NCBI GenBank assembly: GCA_039028615.1
Contig: JBCCHT010000001.1
Location: 640,001 to 704,000, forward strand
Direction: 5' to 3'
DNA from: Myxococcota bacterium
Lineage (GTDB): Bacteria; Myxococcota_A; Polyangia; Nannocystales; Nannocystaceae
DNA length: 64,000 nt
The notes beneath the pieces are model-generated. The model made no database searches. It worked only from the letters and a program-made list of their open reading frames with translations, and was not told where the DNA came from. Below are positions 44,171 through 54,493 of this stretch, piece by piece. The position numbers were made by a program, and so were the translations under genes. Numbering within the stretch: position 1 is the stretch's first letter; every line of letters begins with the position of its first letter.

Positions 44171-45856
44171 CTACGGGACGGGATACGCATGGACCCAGCG
44201 AGCGTCCTCGACCGGCGGCACGACATGCTCGATCAACCCATCGGGCCATCGGATCGTGACACTGTCGACGTGCTCGAGCCCGAGCCCGAAGTGAAGCCGA
44301 CGCATGTTCACCGAGGCCACCGACGAGCCGACCTTGACCTCCTGCATCATCGTCCGGCCGCTCTCGGTGGTCACCCAGACGCGTGAGCCGATGGCGTCGC
44401 GATTGACGGGTCCACCCCCCACCAGGTCGACGCTCAGCCAGTGTCGATCCGGCCACAGGTTGCGCCCGCGATAGATGAAGTGCCCGTCGTGACGGTTGGA
44501 GACGGCCAGGTCCAGCGCCCCGTCGTCGTCGAAGTCGGCGTAGCTCACCCCGAAGCTCTGCCCCGGGTCGTTGCAGCCGCTGAGCTCTGAGACGTCATCG
44601 AAGGTCCCGTCGCCCCGGTTGTGGAACAGCTGGTTGCCCCATTGCTCCCCATAGAGCCCCTCGGCCACGTACAGGTCGAGCCAGCCGTCGTTGTCGTAGT
44701 CGAAGAAGAAATTGCCCCAGCCGACCCCCAGCTCGCTCAGGCCCGCCTGCACGGAGACGTGGGTGAAGCGGTTGATGCCCTCGTTGCGGCGATTGGCCAG
44801 CAGGTCGGTGTCGAACAGGTCGGTCACCGCGATGTCGAGGTCGAGGTCGCCGTCGAAGTCCCCGACTGCGGTGCCCATCGACCACTCGGCCATGGCCACG
44901 CCCTGCTGCCCTCCGACCTCCTCGAAGCACCACACCTTGCAGCCGGAGCCGTCGTTACGCCACAGCCGATTGCCGACCTGCTTGTCGTTGGCGACGAACA
45001 GATCGAGGTCACCGTCGTCGTCGAAGTCGAGCCAGGTCGCCGAGAAGGTCTGATAGTCCTCGGGGCTCGGCACCAGCTCGGTGACCGGATAGAAGCTGCG
45101 ATCGCTGCTGCCCTTGTACAGCACGTCGGGATGCAAGATGGCGTTGCTGAGGTAGACGTCGAGGATGCCGTCCGCATCGAAGTCACCCCATGCCGCCGAG
45201 ACGCCCAGGTGCCCGTCGCCGAGGCCGACCAACGAGGTGACGTCGACGAGCCCTTGGCCCTCGTCGTTCTGCAGCAGCACGTTGTTGCCGTCGCGCAGCA
45301 CGTGGATGTCCGACCAGCCGTCGTTGTCGAAGTCGACCACCGCCAGCCCCACCACGCGATCGATCTCGGACAGCGCGGCGTCGTGCTCCCAGATCGCAAA
45401 GGTGCCGTCGCCCTGGTTGCGATAGATGTGCGAGGGCGCGTCACCCCCCGCCGTCACCAGGTCGAGTCGGTCGTCGCCATCGATGTCCCCCCACGCGTTA
45501 CCCGGGCCCCAGCTCCCCAGCGTGGGGTGGTTGGGCCCGTTGAAGTCGATCAGCTCGAAGGGCGGGCCGGGCAGGACGTCTTCGGTCCAGGGCTCCATGC
45601 CGCCGCTGTCTCCGGTCATGCCCACGCCCGAGGTCATCGGCGCTTCGGTCTCGGCGGACGGCGTCGCCCCTTCGGTGGCCATGCCCGTGCTGCTGTCTTC
45701 GCCGCCCGAGGGAGAGGCGACGCCCGTGCTCGCGACCGGCTCGGGCGCGGCCCCCAGCCCCTGCGGCTCGGAGCATGCGGACACGACGAAGCACCCCACG
45801 ACCCATGCCGCAGAGCACCCCGGCCGAAGTCGGCCGGCGCTCCTTCGCCCTTCCAC
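44171..45856 (-). CDS. CRTAC1/ASPIC-UnbV family FG-GAP repeat protein
   Basis: Multiple DFDNDGWxD repeats, NRDAIGSRV, RLHFGLG, IRWPDG. Confidence 0.9.
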   Translation of the reverse strand: MEGRRSAGRLRPGCSAAWVVGCFVVSACSEPQGLGAAPEPVASTGVASPSGGEDSSTGMATEGATPSAETEAPMTSGVGMTGDSGGMEPWTEDVLPGPPFELIDFNGPNHPTLGSWGPGNAWGDIDGDDRLDLVTAGGDAPSHIYRNQGDGTFAIWEHDAALSEIDRVVGLAVVDFDNDGWSDIHVLRDGNNVLLQNDEGQGLVDVTSLVGLGDGHLGVSAAWGDFDADGILDVYLSNAILHPDVLYKGSSDRSFYPVTELVPSPEDYQTFSATWLDFDDDGDLDLFVANDKQVGNRLWRNDGSGCKVWCFEEVGGQQGVAMAEWSMGTAVGDFDGDLDLDIAVTDLFDTDLLANRRNEGINRFTHVSVQAGLSELGVGWGNFFFDYDNDGWLDLYVAEGLYGEQWGNQLFHNRGDGTFDDVSELSGCNDPGQSFGVSYADFDDDGALDLAVSNRHDGHFIYRGRNLWPDRHWLSVDLVGGGPVNRDAIGSRVWVTTESGRTMMQEVKVGSSVASVNMRRLHFGLGLEHVDSVTIRWPDGLIEHVVPPVEDARWVHAYPVP

Positions 45857-45915
45857 CCCTCGAGTGTACGCAATCGCGGCGGCCCGTGCTCGACGAGCGG
45901 GACGCTCGCGCCGCC

Positions 45916-46269
45916 TCAGCCTCGCTCGAGAGTGCGAAGGATCATCTTGCCGTCGCGGTTCATGACAAAGCTGAACTTCACCGCATCACCGACCTTCAGC
46001 CCCTCTGCCAAAGCTGCATCCCGGGCGTGGAACGGCATGGTCATTGCCTCCATGAAGCCCTCGATCTTCTCGTGCGCGATGGTGATCGTCTTTCGGTCCT
46101 CGCTGAATGATTTGATCGTCCCCACGGCGTCGCGAACCGGCCCGTCTACGGCCTCTTCGGCCTTGGACTCCCCCTTGTCGCACGCGGTCGTCGTCACCAC
46201 GGCCCCCGTCCCGAGGACGATGGCCAAGGCGAGGAACAAAGGAGACCGGCGCGAAGGAACGCTGCTCAT
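45916..46269 (-). CDS. CusF-like copper-binding periplasmic lipoprotein
   Basis: ITIAHEKIEGFMEAMTMPF, LKVGDAVKF; lipobox TTAC. Confidence 0.85.
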   Translation of the reverse strand: MSSVPSRRSPLFLALAIVLGTGAVVTTTACDKGESKAEEAVDGPVRDAVGTIKSFSEDRKTITIAHEKIEGFMEAMTMPFHARDAALAEGLKVGDAVKFSFVMNRDGKMILRTLERG

Positions 46270-46400
46270 GGCGGGCAGACTCGCACATCACGGCGTTCCG
46301 TCCATGAGACACCCGGTCGCACGACGTTCTCGACATCCGGGGACGACGATGCGGAACCCAGCGGTTGGCGCGCGAGGGGGCACGGGCCCACAGCCGCCGC

Positions 46401-47408
46401 TCAGTCGACTTGGCGGCGGCGCTCGAGTCGAACCCGCAGCTCCTCGTCCTGAAGGCGTGCCGTTATTGCAGCCGCCCGGGCACGGACCGCGTCGGCCTCG
46501 TCCCCGGCGAGCGTCGCCGCGAGCAAGCTCAGCGCCATGACCCGCAGGCGCAACGACCCGCCGTCGCCCGCCGCTTCGATCGATCGCCGCGCGCAAACGC
46601 GAGCCTGCGCTCGATCCCCCAGCTTGAGCAGGCTCCAGCCGAGCCCATTGTCCCGGCGCACGCGGGCAAACGCGGGGCCGTGCTCGGGCAGCGCGGCATA
46701 GCGGGCGCGGGCCGCCTCGTGATCACGTCGCACCACATTGTCGTACCAGCCGAGATGATCGACCCAGCGTGCGCGATAGCAGGCCGCGTCGTGCTCGCTC
46801 ATCGGCTCGGTCTCCATCATCGACCCCGCCGCCTCGACCAGACGAAGCCCGCGATCGATCTCGTCGCGACCCAATAAAAACGCCTGCGCCAGGTTCCATT
46901 CGATGCGGGCCAGACCGACGGCCGCCGACTCGGCCGCACGCAAGTGCTCACCCGCCAGGTCTCGCTCGCGCCCGCGCAACGCCACGGAGGCCAGGCCCAG
47001 CTGCACCCACGCCCGGGCCCGCGACTCGGACACGGGCGGCCGGTCCCACGGTCGCAGCAGCTCCAGGCACAGCGAGCGCGGCAAGTCGACGAAGCGCGTG
47101 TGGTACTGCCCCATCCATCGCACGCGCGAGTCGACATCCTCGGGCATGCCGAACGCCCGCAGCGCTCGCTGCCCCCACACGCCACCGTCCCGGGAGCCCC
47201 GATCTCGCAGCCGTCGCAGCGCCCGCTCCACGCTGGACACCGCATCCTCGTAGCTCCGACGCGCAGCCAGGGCCTCGGCCACCGCGGCCAGCGTGCCGTG
47301 CCGCTCCACCAGCCAGGCCACGTAGCTCCCCCACTCGAAGGGTTGTCCGGGATCCTGTCCGGGCCCCGCTGGCGGTCGTGGCGTATCCCGGGGTGGAGAG
47401 GAACTCAC
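46401..47408 (-). CDS. Hypothetical protein with N-terminal HTH-like region and TPR-like helices
   Basis: 335-aa ORF with GC-rich coding bias; helical repeats; start uncertain. Confidence 0.55.
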   Translation of the reverse strand: MSSSPPRDTPRPPAGPGQDPGQPFEWGSYVAWLVERHGTLAAVAEALAARRSYEDAVSSVERALRRLRDRGSRDGGVWGQRALRAFGMPEDVDSRVRWMGQYHTRFVDLPRSLCLELLRPWDRPPVSESRARAWVQLGLASVALRGRERDLAGEHLRAAESAAVGLARIEWNLAQAFLLGRDEIDRGLRLVEAAGSMMETEPMSEHDAACYRARWVDHLGWYDNVVRRDHEAARARYAALPEHGPAFARVRRDNGLGWSLLKLGDRAQARVCARRSIEAAGDGGSLRLRVMALSLLAATLAGDEADAVRARAAAITARLQDEELRVRLERRRQVD

Positions 47409-47409
47409 G

Positions 47410-47970
47410 ATGAACCGACCCTACATCGTCATCGACCTGGAAGCGACGTGCGACCGCGACCACGCGATCCCACGCGAGGAAACCGAGATCATCGAGATCG
47501 GCGCGGTCCTGGTCGATTCCACCACCCTGCAGCCTCTCGACGAGTTTCAGACCTTCGTGCGCCCGGTGCAGCATCCGAAGCTCACCGAGTTCTGCACCGA
47601 ACTGACCACCATCGAGCAAGGCCATGTCGATGGAGCCCCGATGCTGCGAGACGCCATCGCAGCCCTCGGTCGCTTCCTACCCGGCCCGGTCACCCTCGCC
47701 TCGTGGGGCGCCTACGATCGCAACCAGTTCCGCCGCGAGGGCCGACGCAAGCGCATCCGCATGCCGTGGGACACCGCGCACCTCAACATCAAGGAGCGCT
47801 TCGCCACCCACGCGGGGCGCAAGATGGGGGTCGGCGGAGCCTTGCAGCGCGTCGGGCTGCGCTTCGAAGGCACCGCCCATCGGGGCATCGACGACGCCCG
47901 CAACATCGTGCGTCTGATGCCCTTCGCGCTGGGACGACAGCCCTTGCCCGCACGGGGGCGCCGTCATTGA
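47410..47970 (+). CDS. DEDDh 3'-5' exonuclease (ERI-1/KapD-like)
   Basis: IVIDLEATC, EIIEIGAV, SWGAYD, AHRGIDDARN; GGAGAGGA SD. Confidence 0.92.
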   Translation: MNRPYIVIDLEATCDRDHAIPREETEIIEIGAVLVDSTTLQPLDEFQTFVRPVQHPKLTEFCTELTTIEQGHVDGAPMLRDAIAALGRFLPGPVTLASWGAYDRNQFRREGRRKRIRMPWDTAHLNIKERFATHAGRKMGVGGALQRVGLRFEGTAHRGIDDARNIVRLMPFALGRQPLPARGRRH

Positions 47971-48003
47971 CCACCCGCCCCTGCGGCTGAGCTTCAATCG
48001 AGC

Positions 48004-48222
48004 TCAGCCGTAGGGTTCTTCTTCACGCACGGAGACGAGCGTGAGCGCTCCGTGCCGAAGCTCTCCGGCCTTGTACAGCGTATGGGCCAGCAGCTGCGGA
48101 CAGTCGTGGATGTGCACCTGCCCGTGCTCCCGCATCAGCTCGCGGATGCGGGTCACCAGACGCGCCAGGCTCGGCCCGTCGTCGATGTCCAGCTCGGCCA
48201 GCTCGAGCACGTAGGGGCTCAT
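48004..48222 (-). CDS. Small STAS-like protein
   Basis: VLELAELDIDDGPSLARLVTRIREL...VHIHDCPQLLAHTLYKAG resembles the STAS_2 pattern. Confidence 0.5.
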   Translation of the reverse strand: MSPYVLELAELDIDDGPSLARLVTRIRELMREHGQVHIHDCPQLLAHTLYKAGELRHGALTLVSVREEEPYG

Positions 48223-48229
48223 CCCGGCC

Positions 48230-49441
48230 TCACATCGTGTAGCCGACCGAGCACGCGTTCGCGAACAGCCGCGCCCAATCTCCGCTGCCGTCGAAATCGA
48301 GGTGCCCGGAGCCGTTGGTGTACACGACCTTGAAGTCGGGCCGGTACGCGACGCTGATGACCCCGTTGGTGTAGTTCGCGTCCGCGACCCCGCCACCCTG
48401 GAGCTGGACCCCCGTGTCGATGATCAGCGCATCGTAGGAGGCCACGCCGTCGTGGATGAGCGTGCTGCCGTCACCCGAGTAGACGGCCGGGGACCGCAGC
48501 GCCACGACATCGTCGACCGAGACCGGCGAGTACTCCTGGGCCATGATCATCGTGCCTCCGAGGCCTCCCCCGTTTACGCCAGCCCCGGGCCCCAGCACCA
48601 CCGTGCCGCCCGAGTTGACGTAGTTGACCAGCAGCACCCCCGTCACCGTGGCGTTGAAGTAGCCCAGCTGCGGATGGGTGATGACGCAGTCGTAGTCGTT
48701 GAGGATGAGGTCCGAGGGCAGGTTCGCAGCGGCGTCGAAGAAGCCGGTATCCGAGCCGACCACTGCGGAAATCTCGTCGCGGAAAACCTCGTCGTCGATG
48801 GGGCCGCCCAGCATGTAGAGGATGCGGACCGGGTTGCACGTACCTTCCCCTGCGCCCTCGCAGCGGTAGTACATCTCGACCGAGCAGGCCTCGGTGCAGC
48901 CGTCGCCCGACTCGGAGTTGGCGTCGTCGCAGCCCTCGCCGGGGTTGAGGACCCCGTTGCCACAATCGGGAGAGACGCAGACCGAGGGCTCCCCCGTGCA
49001 CTCCGCCCCGCCGTCCACGACGCACGCGGTGCAGCCATCGCCGTCCACGTCGTTGGCGTCGTCGCAGGCCTCGTCGCCCAAGATGATGCCGTCGCCGCAG
49101 TCGATCTCGCACACGCTCGGCTCGCCGTCGCAGACGTAGCCGGTCTCGACCACGCAGGCGTCGCTGCACCCGTCGCCCGCGGCCGTGCCCCCGTCGTCAC
49201 ACTCTTCGCCCGTATCGACCGTGCCGTCGCCGCAGCCCGCCGCATCACCGCTGGTATCCGCGACGTCGGTGGTGACGCCGGGTGCGGTCGAGGTCACGAC
49301 CTCCCCCGAAGATCCGTCCGCGGTCCCCCCGGAGGAGCCATCGTCGGTCTCCATGATCGTCGGGGGGTTGAAACACGCCGAAAGAGGCAGGGCAAAAAGG
49401 CCAATGACGAAGCGCTCGAGCGAAGCCATGAGAAACCCCAT
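48230..49441 (-). CDS. Myxobacterial cysteine-rich repeat (DUF4215-type) lipoprotein
   Basis: Three [17 protein letters not shown] repeats; lipobox LSAC. Confidence 0.85.
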   Translation of the reverse strand: MGFLMASLERFVIGLFALPLSACFNPPTIMETDDGSSGGTADGSSGEVVTSTAPGVTTDVADTSGDAAGCGDGTVDTGEECDDGGTAAGDGCSDACVVETGYVCDGEPSVCEIDCGDGIILGDEACDDANDVDGDGCTACVVDGGAECTGEPSVCVSPDCGNGVLNPGEGCDDANSESGDGCTEACSVEMYYRCEGAGEGTCNPVRILYMLGGPIDDEVFRDEISAVVGSDTGFFDAAANLPSDLILNDYDCVITHPQLGYFNATVTGVLLVNYVNSGGTVVLGPGAGVNGGGLGGTMIMAQEYSPVSVDDVVALRSPAVYSGDGSTLIHDGVASYDALIIDTGVQLQGGGVADANYTNGVISVAYRPDFKVVYTNGSGHLDFDGSGDWARLFANACSVGYTM

Positions 49442-49515
49442 CCTAGCAGAGCCCGGCCGCGGGGCCCGAGGAAGGCAAACGAGGCTCATGTGCCCGCTCG
49501 TGAGGTCCCACGGGG

Positions 49516-50697
49516 TCAGCGCGGCAACTGCCGAAAGACGCCCTCCATCAGCACGCTGTACGCCAGCGCGTCTCCCTCGTCGGCGAACGCCATCAGGTTC
49601 ATGGATTGCCGGATCACGACCGAATTCGTCCCTTCGGAACGTTCATGACATCCCACATCGAAATGGGAGCCCGGCATCGCGACCCAGCAGACCCGATCCG
49701 GCGTCACCGACAGCGAGTCTGGTTGCCCTAGATCTTTCGCCAGCACCTTCAGCTCGCACTCGGCGTCCATCTGCAGCAGGGCACCGTCGGAGAACAGCCG
49801 GTCGGGGGTCCCCTCGGTGAGCACGTAGAGCAGCGGAGCATCGGGGGTCGGCACCCCGAGGTCGACCGGACGATGCGTCTCGAACACGGTCCGCGTCCGA
49901 TGTCTCGTGTCGCGTTCGAACTGGACGATGAAGCCTGGGGCATAGGGCATGGAGCCGGGCACCCGCCCGCCCTTGGTCAGAAAGCGAACCTGCTCCGCCT
50001 TGGCGGCGGCGCTCGGGGCCTTGCCCTCCCTCGGGTCTCGCTCGCGCCCCGCCACCACGATGCGGTCTCCCCACACCGCGATCGCATGCACCACGTCGAG
50101 CTCCCGATCGACGAAGGGACGCACGGCCGAGGTCTTCGCGCTCCATCGCAGCAACCGACAGGGTCCGTCGTCGGAGCACTCGGCAAAGATCACGCCGTCG
50201 CCGTCGACCGCCGCGGCCGCGATGTCCCCCCGATGCAGCGAGGCCCCTTTGGCGGGGTAGCGGAACAGCCCCTCGCTCGAGTTCACGAGGAGCAGCTCAC
50301 CCAGTGCCAGCAGCCGCGGCTTTCGACCCGGAGCGTGCCCCAGCTCGGTGACCCCCCCGTCGACGAACCGCACCACCTTCGCGGGACCCTCCTCTTGCGA
50401 GAGCACGGCCACCAGCCCTTGTTCGGTGGACATCATCGCCAAGGCGGTCTGTTCGCTCAGGCGCCGGGCTTCGCCGTCCTCGACCGGGGGCGCGACTTCG
50501 GGCACGGCCGCGGCCAGAGCCCGCGACAATGGGCCGGGCGGAGACTTCGTCGCCTTTTGCTCGGCCCAGAAATCGGCCGCGCCCGGCGTGGCCGCCGGCC
50601 CCACCCGCGGCGAGGAGTCCTCGTGCCGATTCGACGAACGACAGCCGAGCGCCAACAACAGCACGATGACTCCAGCTCGAATTGGTCCCACGCCCAT
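49516..50697 (-). CDS. Hypothetical lipoprotein, probable beta-propeller
   Basis: Lipobox LALGC; beta-strand-rich repeats. Confidence 0.55.
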   Translation of the reverse strand: MGVGPIRAGVIVLLLALGCRSSNRHEDSSPRVGPAATPGAADFWAEQKATKSPPGPLSRALAAAVPEVAPPVEDGEARRLSEQTALAMMSTEQGLVAVLSQEEGPAKVVRFVDGGVTELGHAPGRKPRLLALGELLLVNSSEGLFRYPAKGASLHRGDIAAAAVDGDGVIFAECSDDGPCRLLRWSAKTSAVRPFVDRELDVVHAIAVWGDRIVVAGRERDPREGKAPSAAAKAEQVRFLTKGGRVPGSMPYAPGFIVQFERDTRHRTRTVFETHRPVDLGVPTPDAPLLYVLTEGTPDRLFSDGALLQMDAECELKVLAKDLGQPDSLSVTPDRVCWVAMPGSHFDVGCHERSEGTNSVVIRQSMNLMAFADEGDALAYSVLMEGVFRQLPR

Positions 50698-50783
50698 GCA
50701 GACGAAGCTTACCCTCGAGCGGGCGCGATCCGGCGGTGCGCCGCTGCCATCGCACGAGATTGGGCATATAAACCCCGTGCCCC

Positions 50784-51974
50784 ATGACTGACGACGCCGG
50801 CCAGACCTCCGCGCCCCCGCTCACCCGGCAAGACGGGGCCTACGTACAGAGCAAGACCGATCCCGAGACGGTCAACCTCGGTCTGGGGCAGCCCTCGCCG
50901 CGCCTTTTACCCGTGCACCTGATGCACCAGGCCGCCGCGCGCACGCTGGGGCCCGGCGCGGACCCGCTGATGATCCAGTACGGCTCGATCGCCGGCCATG
51001 CCGGCATCCGTGAGGCCCTGGCCGAGCTGCTGAGCCGACGCTACCGCTTCCCGATCGAGGCCGATGGCCTGGTCATGACCGGCGGCATTTCGTCCGCGCT
51101 GTCGTTCGTCGCCCAGGTCTTCGCGCGCCCGGGCCAGGCCGTGGTGTGCTCCGATCCCACCTACTTCCTCGCGCGGGGCATCTTCGAGTCCCAAGGCCTG
51201 CCCACGGTGGGAATCCCGGTGGACGAGGGAGGGCTACGCGTCGACCTGCTGCAGGCGCGCCTCGAAGCCGGGCTGCGGCCGGCCTTCGTCTACTGCATGC
51301 CCTCGTTCCACAACCCCTACGGCGTCGACCTCGAGCCCGCCCGGGCCCGGCACCTGGTCGAGCTCGCCGAGCGCTACGACTTCCTCGTGGTCGCCGACGA
51401 GCCCTACGTGATGCTGCACTTCGACCCCGCGCCCCCGCCGTGCATGATGGCCTACGACGAAGGCCGGGCCCGTGTGCTGTCGCTCGGGTCCTTCTCCAAG
51501 ATCCTCGGCCCCGGACTCCGCTTGGGATGGCTGCACGCGGAGGCCTCGCTTCTGGAGCGGTTCTGCGAGCATGGTGCCCTGCGCAGCGGCGGCGGCCTCA
51601 ACCCCATGGTCTGCGCGCTCGTCGAAAACGTCATCCACACCGGGGAGCTCGATCGGCACATCGACGAGCTGAAGGACACCTTCACCACCCGCGCCCGTAC
51701 GCTGAGCGCGGCGCTGCGTCGGCACCTGCCCTCGCTGCCCGTGCCCGAACCCCGCGGTGGCTACTTCATCTGGCTGCCCTTGCCCTCGCACTACGACACC
51801 ACCGCGCTGCTCGACACCGCGCTGGAGCAGCAGGTCGGCTTCACCCCCGGGGCCCGCTGCGCCGTGGACCTCGACCTGAGCCACTGCCTGCGGGTGTGCT
51901 TTGCCTTCTACGAGCCCCACGAGCTGGAGCTGGGCGTCGAGCGGCTGGCCGCCGTGCTCGACCTCGACGGTTAG
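50784..51974 (+). CDS. PLP-dependent aminotransferase class I/II (LysN/ARO8-like)
   Basis: NLGLGQP, FHNPYG, VVADEPY, SLGSFSKILGPGLRLGW. Confidence 0.92.
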   Translation: MTDDAGQTSAPPLTRQDGAYVQSKTDPETVNLGLGQPSPRLLPVHLMHQAAARTLGPGADPLMIQYGSIAGHAGIREALAELLSRRYRFPIEADGLVMTGGISSALSFVAQVFARPGQAVVCSDPTYFLARGIFESQGLPTVGIPVDEGGLRVDLLQARLEAGLRPAFVYCMPSFHNPYGVDLEPARARHLVELAERYDFLVVADEPYVMLHFDPAPPPCMMAYDEGRARVLSLGSFSKILGPGLRLGWLHAEASLLERFCEHGALRSGGGLNPMVCALVENVIHTGELDRHIDELKDTFTTRARTLSAALRRHLPSLPVPEPRGGYFIWLPLPSHYDTTALLDTALEQQVGFTPGARCAVDLDLSHCLRVCFAFYEPHELELGVERLAAVLDLDG

Positions 51975-53242
51975 CGCCGGTCGGCGGATATGGCCCCGGC
52001 CAGCTCGGCGCCCACGACTGCATTGCCTTGCGGCGAGTAGTGCTCGGAGCGGCCGTACATCGCGTCGACCGACGACGACGACACCGCCTCCATGAACGCC
52101 GCCTCCGTCTCGACCCAGGCGTGGCGCGCGTCGATCTCGTCGCGCAGCCCGGCGTACCACAGCGACCGCGGGTCCTCGGCGATGCGCTCGAGGTCGATCT
52201 TCTTGGGCAGGTGCACGACGTAGAAATCGGCCCCGCTGTGCTGCACTTCCCCCTCGAAGGCCCCCACGATCGCCAGCGCGAGCGCGGCCGGCTCCCCGTC
52301 GACGTCGTAGTAGGGCTGCTGTCCCTCGTAGAACAGGCGGCCGACGTGGTGCGCCTTCCAGCCCGAGAGATAGCCGAGCAATCGACTGCCCTGCCACCAA
52401 CGGGGCTCGAAGTCCGACGCCACATAGAACTCGTCGTGCTCGCGCAAGGGCCAGTGCTCCAGGTCGGCCAGCACCTGCGGCAGCGCGTCGGGGCCGATCG
52501 CGGGCTGATTGATGACCTCGAGCCGTCCATCGCGCAGCAGAAACCGCGGCTTGGTGAAGGGCAGCCGCGTGCGCCAGAAGTACAGCACCCGGATCATGTT
52601 GAGCGAGCGCAGGATGTTCTCCGACTGGAAGCCCAACACCACCACGTCGAGGCCGAACGAGGCGCCGTCTTTTCGCCAGCGCAACAGGGCCTGGTCGAGG
52701 CCGTAGCCCCCGACCCCGAAGTTGAAGACCTTCGCCTCGATCCCCTGCGCGTTCAGGCTCTGCTCGAGCACGTGCCCCCAGGTCTGCGCATAGTCGACGC
52801 CGTCGCCGTGGGTGAACGAATCCCCGAACAGGCCCACCCGCAGGACGCCAGGCTCACGCGACTTCGATGGTCTGCGCTTCACACTCGGTGCCCGCAGGCC
52901 AGCCCCATCGTAGATGTAGCTGCCCTTGTGGCACCGCGTCCGCGGGTTGTTGCGCCAGCCGAGATCCGGGTCGTAGCGAAAGCACGGCTGCTTGCCCGCC
53001 GCCAGTTCCTCGGCCCGAGCGCGGGTCCACTCGACCGGGGGCACGAAGGGCCGCAGACGCCCCCCGAACGCGGTCTGGTTGCCATCGGCGTCGGTGCGGG
53101 TCCGAACCCGGACCACCACCTCGAGCACGGCCCACGCCACCGCGATGCCGAGCCCCAGCGCCATCGCCCGCATCACCCAGCCGCGACGACGCTGAGCCGC
53201 GGGCGAACGGGGTGAAGCAGGCGCAGGCGGGGAGGCACTCAT
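51971..53242 (-). CDS. SGNH/GDSL hydrolase family membrane-anchored protein
   Basis: FGDSFTHG, NFGVGGYG, ENILR, HYSPQGN; N-terminal TM. Confidence 0.8.
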   Translation of the reverse strand: MSASPPAPASPRSPAAQRRRGWVMRAMALGLGIAVAWAVLEVVVRVRTRTDADGNQTAFGGRLRPFVPPVEWTRARAEELAAGKQPCFRYDPDLGWRNNPRTRCHKGSYIYDGAGLRAPSVKRRPSKSREPGVLRVGLFGDSFTHGDGVDYAQTWGHVLEQSLNAQGIEAKVFNFGVGGYGLDQALLRWRKDGASFGLDVVVLGFQSENILRSLNMIRVLYFWRTRLPFTKPRFLLRDGRLEVINQPAIGPDALPQVLADLEHWPLREHDEFYVASDFEPRWWQGSRLLGYLSGWKAHHVGRLFYEGQQPYYDVDGEPAALALAIVGAFEGEVQHSGADFYVVHLPKKIDLERIAEDPRSLWYAGLRDEIDARHAWVETEAAFMEAVSSSSVDAMYGRSEHYSPQGNAVVGAELAGAISADRR

Positions 53243-53263
53243 GCCAGCCGCAGCTTGGCCGGA

Positions 53264-54412
53264 TCACCGCCGCTCGGGCAAGCTCTGGGCGCACCGAAAG
53301 CCGATGTTGCGGTTGGTGACCGTGGGCTCGTGCGGGTTGCGAACGCTGCTGCGAAGAAAAAAGGGATCGGTGGTGTCCCAGCCTCCGCCCCGGACGATCC
53401 GCAGATCGCCGGTCTCGGGCCCCGTGGGGTCGGCCATCACCGAGACGTCGTAGGGCGCGTACCAGTCGGCGACCCAGTTCCAGACGCTGCCCGCCATGTC
53501 GTGCACCCCATAGGGCGAGTCGCCTTGCGGCCGGCTGCCGACCGGGACGGAGTTGCCGGCCCCACACCCACCGCCGTTGCCTTCGTTCATGGTCACCCGC
53601 TCGCAGGAGGGCTCAGGCGCATTCCCCCAGGGGTACGTGAGACCGCGGGTGCCCCGGGCCGCCTTCTCCCACTCGGCCTCGGTGGGCAGCCGCTTGATCT
53701 CCGGCGTCCCCGCCCACTCGCAGTAGGTATCGGCGTGGTACCAGGTGACACAGTTGATGGGGTGTTGGTCGCGCCCCGGAACGCCGAAGTTGCAGCCGAA
53801 CTGCGAGAGGGGCGGCAGGCAGACCCCCGCCTCGACGCACTCGGCGTACTGCACCACGGTGACCTCGAGGGCATCGATGAAGAACGGCTCGAGCTCGACT
53901 TGGCGCACGGGGAGTTCATCGAAGGCCCCACCCCCCGCGCCCATCTCGAACGGGCCCCCCGGGATGAGCACCATGCCGCGAGGAACACACTCGATGACGT
54001 CGAAGGTGCAGTCGTCGTTGCAGCCCAGCGGCCCCTCGTAGCCGAGCAGGCTCTCGCAGCTCAGCTCGCCGAGATTCTCGCCGTCGCAGGACTCACCAAA
54101 GTCGATCTGGCCGTTGCCGCAGCCCTCGGCCGTACCCGTGGTGTCGTCGGTTTCGGAGCTCGTGGAGCCATCGCCATCGCTCTCGCCCGGCCCCGTGCTC
54201 GTGTCGGCGCCCTCGGCGGCTACCCCGGTGGAGCCGCCCGTCGTGCCCGAATCCTCGGGCTCGGCCCCACCTTCGACCGCCAGACACCCACCCCACGCCC
54301 ACGACGCGACGACCGCGACGAGGGCACCCCGGGTGGCACCACGAACGAGTAAACAAGGATCAAACACTATGTAGTGTTCATAGTCGTTGCCGCCCGATTC
54401 TTCGACCGACAA
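53264..54412 (-). CDS. SUMF1/formylglycine-generating-enzyme family protein with Cys-rich N-terminal module
   Basis: IPGGPFEMG, EVTVVQY, RLPTEAEWEKAARG, SPYGVHDMAGSVWNW, RGGGW, IGFRCA; start uncertain. Confidence 0.9.
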   Translation of the reverse strand: MSVEESGGNDYEHYIVFDPCLLVRGATRGALVAVVASWAWGGCLAVEGGAEPEDSGTTGGSTGVAAEGADTSTGPGESDGDGSTSSETDDTTGTAEGCGNGQIDFGESCDGENLGELSCESLLGYEGPLGCNDDCTFDVIECVPRGMVLIPGGPFEMGAGGGAFDELPVRQVELEPFFIDALEVTVVQYAECVEAGVCLPPLSQFGCNFGVPGRDQHPINCVTWYHADTYCEWAGTPEIKRLPTEAEWEKAARGTRGLTYPWGNAPEPSCERVTMNEGNGGGCGAGNSVPVGSRPQGDSPYGVHDMAGSVWNWVADWYAPYDVSVMADPTGPETGDLRIVRGGGWDTTDPFFLRSSVRNPHEPTVTNRNIGFRCAQSLPERR

Positions 54413-54493
54413 TTCGTGTCCTCGATTGGGCCGGCTTCAAAGCCGCCGAGCCGGCCGCCCCTATCCCCCGCGGCGAGGCTGGTAGCCCGCACC

